A stretch of DNA of 64,000 bases from Camelus dromedarius. Its lineage: Eukaryota. Each line of letters begins with the position of its first letter. The first letter of the stretch is position 1. The stretch lies in NCBI RefSeq assembly GCF_036321535.1, contig NC_087446.1, forward strand, positions 5,952,001 to 6,016,000, read 5' to 3'. The notes under the pieces were generated by a model. The model did no database searches and was not told where the DNA came from. It saw only the letters and a program-made list of their open reading frames with translations. Position numbers and translations under genes: made by a program. Positions 60,447 to 64,000 of this stretch are shown here, one piece after another.

Positions 60447-61466
60447 GCTGTTCTTTGGTCTAGTAGTTGTAATATGGATCTGGGGCCATGGGCATCTTCA
60501 GGTAGGGACTCTGGGTGGCACTACATAAGGTGCTGGTTTCAAATTTCGCCTCACATGGAAGATGAGTGACATCTTCTGGCCCCTTATTCCACAGTGACCT
60601 ACAGATTGTATGTCTAGCCATGCCAGACTTCCCTCACACCACAGTCATCTCTCTCTGCCCAGCACAGTGGTGGTGGTGACGACACAGTGAGTCAAAGCAG
60701 TGATGTTCCCAGGCCCTCTTCCCCACCTTCAGATGTTACAGGGTCTGCCAGCCACTAACCCCACTTACCAGCCCCTCTGCTTTACAGCGAAAGGCCCTCA
60801 TCTACTAAGGAACTTTGTCTTATTGTCTTTGGCACCTTTCAGCTCATCTCCGCATTTCCGTTGAGTGGCACTCAGGGTTGGGTGCAGGTGAGGGCAGTCA
60901 GCTCTGCCTTTCTCCTACAGGGCCTGTACAGCTTGTCCTCTGGCCACCAGGGCTCCCCAGGACCCCCCAGTTTCTCTTCTCCTAACCTGGCTGTAGAGGA
61001 GATTCAAATCGCTCAGCTGTGTCCAAAGAAAGGTCTAGGGGCTCTTTGTGTTTTTAAATATATTTCCTGCTCCTTCTCCTAGGGAAAGGGGTATCAAAGT
61101 AAAAAGGATGGCAGGTTCTTGACTGCCTTCCTTTGGTTCCTATTGTCCAATTCCTCTAAGGCCTCAGGGCCCCTGTCTTCCCTGGTGGCTCTCATTCCTC
61201 TTTGGAAAGCTGGCAGCAGAGCAGGACAGGTAGGTTCTCCTTGTGCTTTGAATGTGGGAGCACCCAGTGCCCCAGGCTTTGCACCATCCTGCCCTGTGGG
61301 AACTCTTCTGGGTGGATCTCCCATGTTCCCTCCTTTGGGATTTGAGGTCCTTAAATATTTAGAGTATAGTGTAAAGAACTCACAAGTGCACCTTTCATTT
61401 AAGGTTACTGGAGCTTCACTGATTGAGTCTAGGGTTATCAGAGAATGCTCCCTTTCCCCAGTTGAT

Positions 61467-61596
61467 TTTTTTTTTTTTTTGGTGGGGGGAGGTAATTAGG
61501 TTTATTTATTTATTTCTAGAAGAGGTACTGGGGATTGAACCCAGGACCTCGTGCATGCTAAACATGTGCTCTACCCTTGAGCTATACCCTCCCCCT
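61467..61596 (-). mobile_element. Camelid SINE (Vic-1-like), with TSD and poly(A)
   Basis: Same head as the other two copies; poly-T on plus strand; TSD cccagttgat at 61457-61466 and 61597-61606. Confidence 0.9.
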
Positions 61597-62419
61597 CCCA
61601 GTTGATCTCTTGAGCCTGGGAGTCACTCAGGAGGACAGAATCCTACCTCATCCCAAGCCTCTGCCCTTTGAGGCCTGTCACCCTGTGCACAGCTCCAGCT
61701 TTGGGTCTTGGTCATAGTGCTGTTCAAGCCAAATGGAATGGTCTCAGGTGGGAACACTTCTTTTGCCAGCCCCAGGAAAGAAATCTCCACCACCCTGAGA
61801 TATGCTGGAGTACAGTGGTTGAGACCAATAGACTTAGGAGTTGGGGCCAAGGACCAGCTTGGATTTGACCAGTCAATTCCTTTCCTTTCCAGACCCAGAG
61901 ACAGTTACATGTCTTTACTTGCTGTATAACTTGTCCTTCTATTCTGAGGGTACCTGATTTATTCTCTTTAACGTTTATTCTCTTAACACACACCCTACCT
62001 ATCTTCCAAGACATTGTTTTACTCCCTATCGCCCAAGGTCAGTTAGGGACTCAGTTATTTTTTTCCCCCGTTTAAGGCAGCCTTGTTTGGACCCAAGGGT
62101 ACACTTTCCCTTTTAAAAAACTTTTATCATAGAAATTTTCAAATACAAAAATAAAATGGTGAGTGAACCTCCATGTATCCATCACCCAGCTCTAACAACC
62201 ATCAACATGTGCAAGTATTTGAAAGCAAATAAAAGACTACTCTAAACACCACTGTGTAGCTCTAACAGATAGGGTCTTTAAAAGTATGTATGATTAGTAC
62301 AATTTTCCTATCCAACAAAATAAAAATTTTAATCTTATAACCAGTCTGTGTTCATTTTGCCCGTTGTTTCAAAACATTTTTTCCATAGTTTATTTGAATC
62401 AAAATCCAAGCAAAGGGTC

Positions 62420-63840
62420 AACAAAAATGGTCCAGTAAGAACTACCAAAAGTTTGCTGTCTCTATAAAACCGATGAAGATCCTACCATATATTATCAGAA
62501 TCAACTTTCACAGAACTCTGGAAATTAACCAAAGGCTTGCAATAACCCAGAGAGTGTTCAGTCAAGGACAGTAGACTCTTGGTAAGAACAGCAAGCTTTG
62601 CACTATTTTTAACTTACCCTAGTACCAGATTTTAAATCGGCTATTTAGAATATGTTCAAAGAGCTAAAGGAAACCATGTGGAAAGAACTAGAGGAAAGAA
62701 TAGAATGATAGATATATTCTCACCAAATAGAGAGTATCAGTAAAGAGAAAGAAATTACAGAAAGGAACCAAATAGAAATTCTAGAGTTGAAAAGTATAAT
62801 AACAGATAAAATTTCACTAGAGGGGCTCAGCACACATGACCAGGCAGAAAAAATAAGCAAACCTGAAGACAGGTCTGTTGAAATTAACTATCTGAGGAAT
62901 GTAAAGAAGAATGAAGAAAAATTAACAGAGGCTCAGAGACCTATGAGATACCACCATGCAATATACACAGAGAAGAGAAAGGGCAGAATATTTGAAAAAA
63001 TAATGGCTCAAAACTTTCCATATTTGATGACATCAAAAAGCTCAACAGAATCCCAGTAGGATAAACTCAGAGATCCATACCTAGACACATAATCAAACTC
63101 TCAGAAGACAAAGGGAGAATTTTGAAAGCAAGACAGAAGTGACTCATCACATATGAGGGAAAATACTTCGAGATGAATGAAAACGAACATACAACGTACC
63201 CCAAATACTAAAACACAACCTACCAAAACTTACGGAGTGAAAGTAGTGATCAGAGGGAAATTAATAGCTATAATTTGCCTATATTGAAAAGAGTGAAAAG
63301 ATAACCCACACAATGGGAGAAAATATCTATAATTAAAATATCTTATAAGGGACTTGTATTTAAAATATTAAAGAACTCATAGCTCAATAAAAAGACAACC
63401 TAACTTTAAACTGGGCAAAGGATCTGAATAGACATTTTTCCAAGGAAGATAATGCAAATGGTTAATGCTCAACATCACTAACCATTAGGGAAATGCAAGT
63501 AGAAACAAGAGTGAGATACCACTTAACACCCAAAAGGGGGCTAGAATGAAAAAGTCAGATAATAATAAATGCTGGCAAGGATGTGGAGAAATTGGAACCC
63601 TCGTACGCTGCTGGTAGGAATGTAAAACTGGTACAGCTACTGTGGGAAATGGTCTGGCAATTCCTTGAATGATTAAACAGAGTTACCACATGACCCAGCA
63701 ATTCCACATCTAGATGTGTACCCAAAAGAAGTGAAAACATATGTTTACACAAAACCGTGTACACAGATGTTTCTAAAAGCATTGTTCATAATAGCCAAAA
63801 AGTGGAAGCAAGTTACATGTCCTCCAGCTGATTAATGAAT
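62420..63840 (+). mobile_element. Decayed LINE-1 (5'/ORF1 and ORF2-end fragments)
   Basis: ORF1-like MKSIITDKISLEGL...IFEKIMAQNFP and 3' text gtggagaaattggaaccctcgtacgctgctggtaggaatgtaaa. N gap at 63841-63980. Confidence 0.75.
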
Positions 63841-64000
63841 NNNNNNNNNNNNNNNNNNNNNNNNNNNNNNNNNNNNNNNNNNNNNNNNNNNNNNNNNNNN
63901 NNNNNNNNNNNNNNNNNNNNNNNNNNNNNNNNNNNNNNNNNNNNNNNNNNNNNNNNNNNNNNNNNNNNNNNNNNNNNNNNCACGTGAAAATCCAGGATAG

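Overview
Mammalian genomic window, very probably a camelid (three copies of a Vic-1-like tRNA-derived SINE; no Alu, Bov-A, PRE-1 or Can-SINE recognised). It is syntenic with human 22q13.2 in reverse orientation: CYP2D (+, 9 exons, 500 aa), about 27 kb of intervening DNA, NDUFA6 (+), SMDT1/EMRE (-, exon 2 hidden in an N gap), PHETA2 (-) and NAGA (+, part of exon 7 in an N gap). Main finding: between CYP2D and NDUFA6 the minus strand carries eight exons with consensus splice signals (15315 down to 9180) that join in frame into a 199-aa protein. It has a short Cys-Cys N-terminus, one predicted transmembrane helix split across two exons, an acidic Pro/Glu-rich region and a Trp-rich C-terminal helix. 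I do not recognise it. It lies where human has only the lncRNA NDUFA6-DT, and the six-frame ORF track cannot show it. Exon coordinates were derived by hand; repeat boundaries, repeat subfamily names and comparisons with human proteins are from memory and need checking by alignment.
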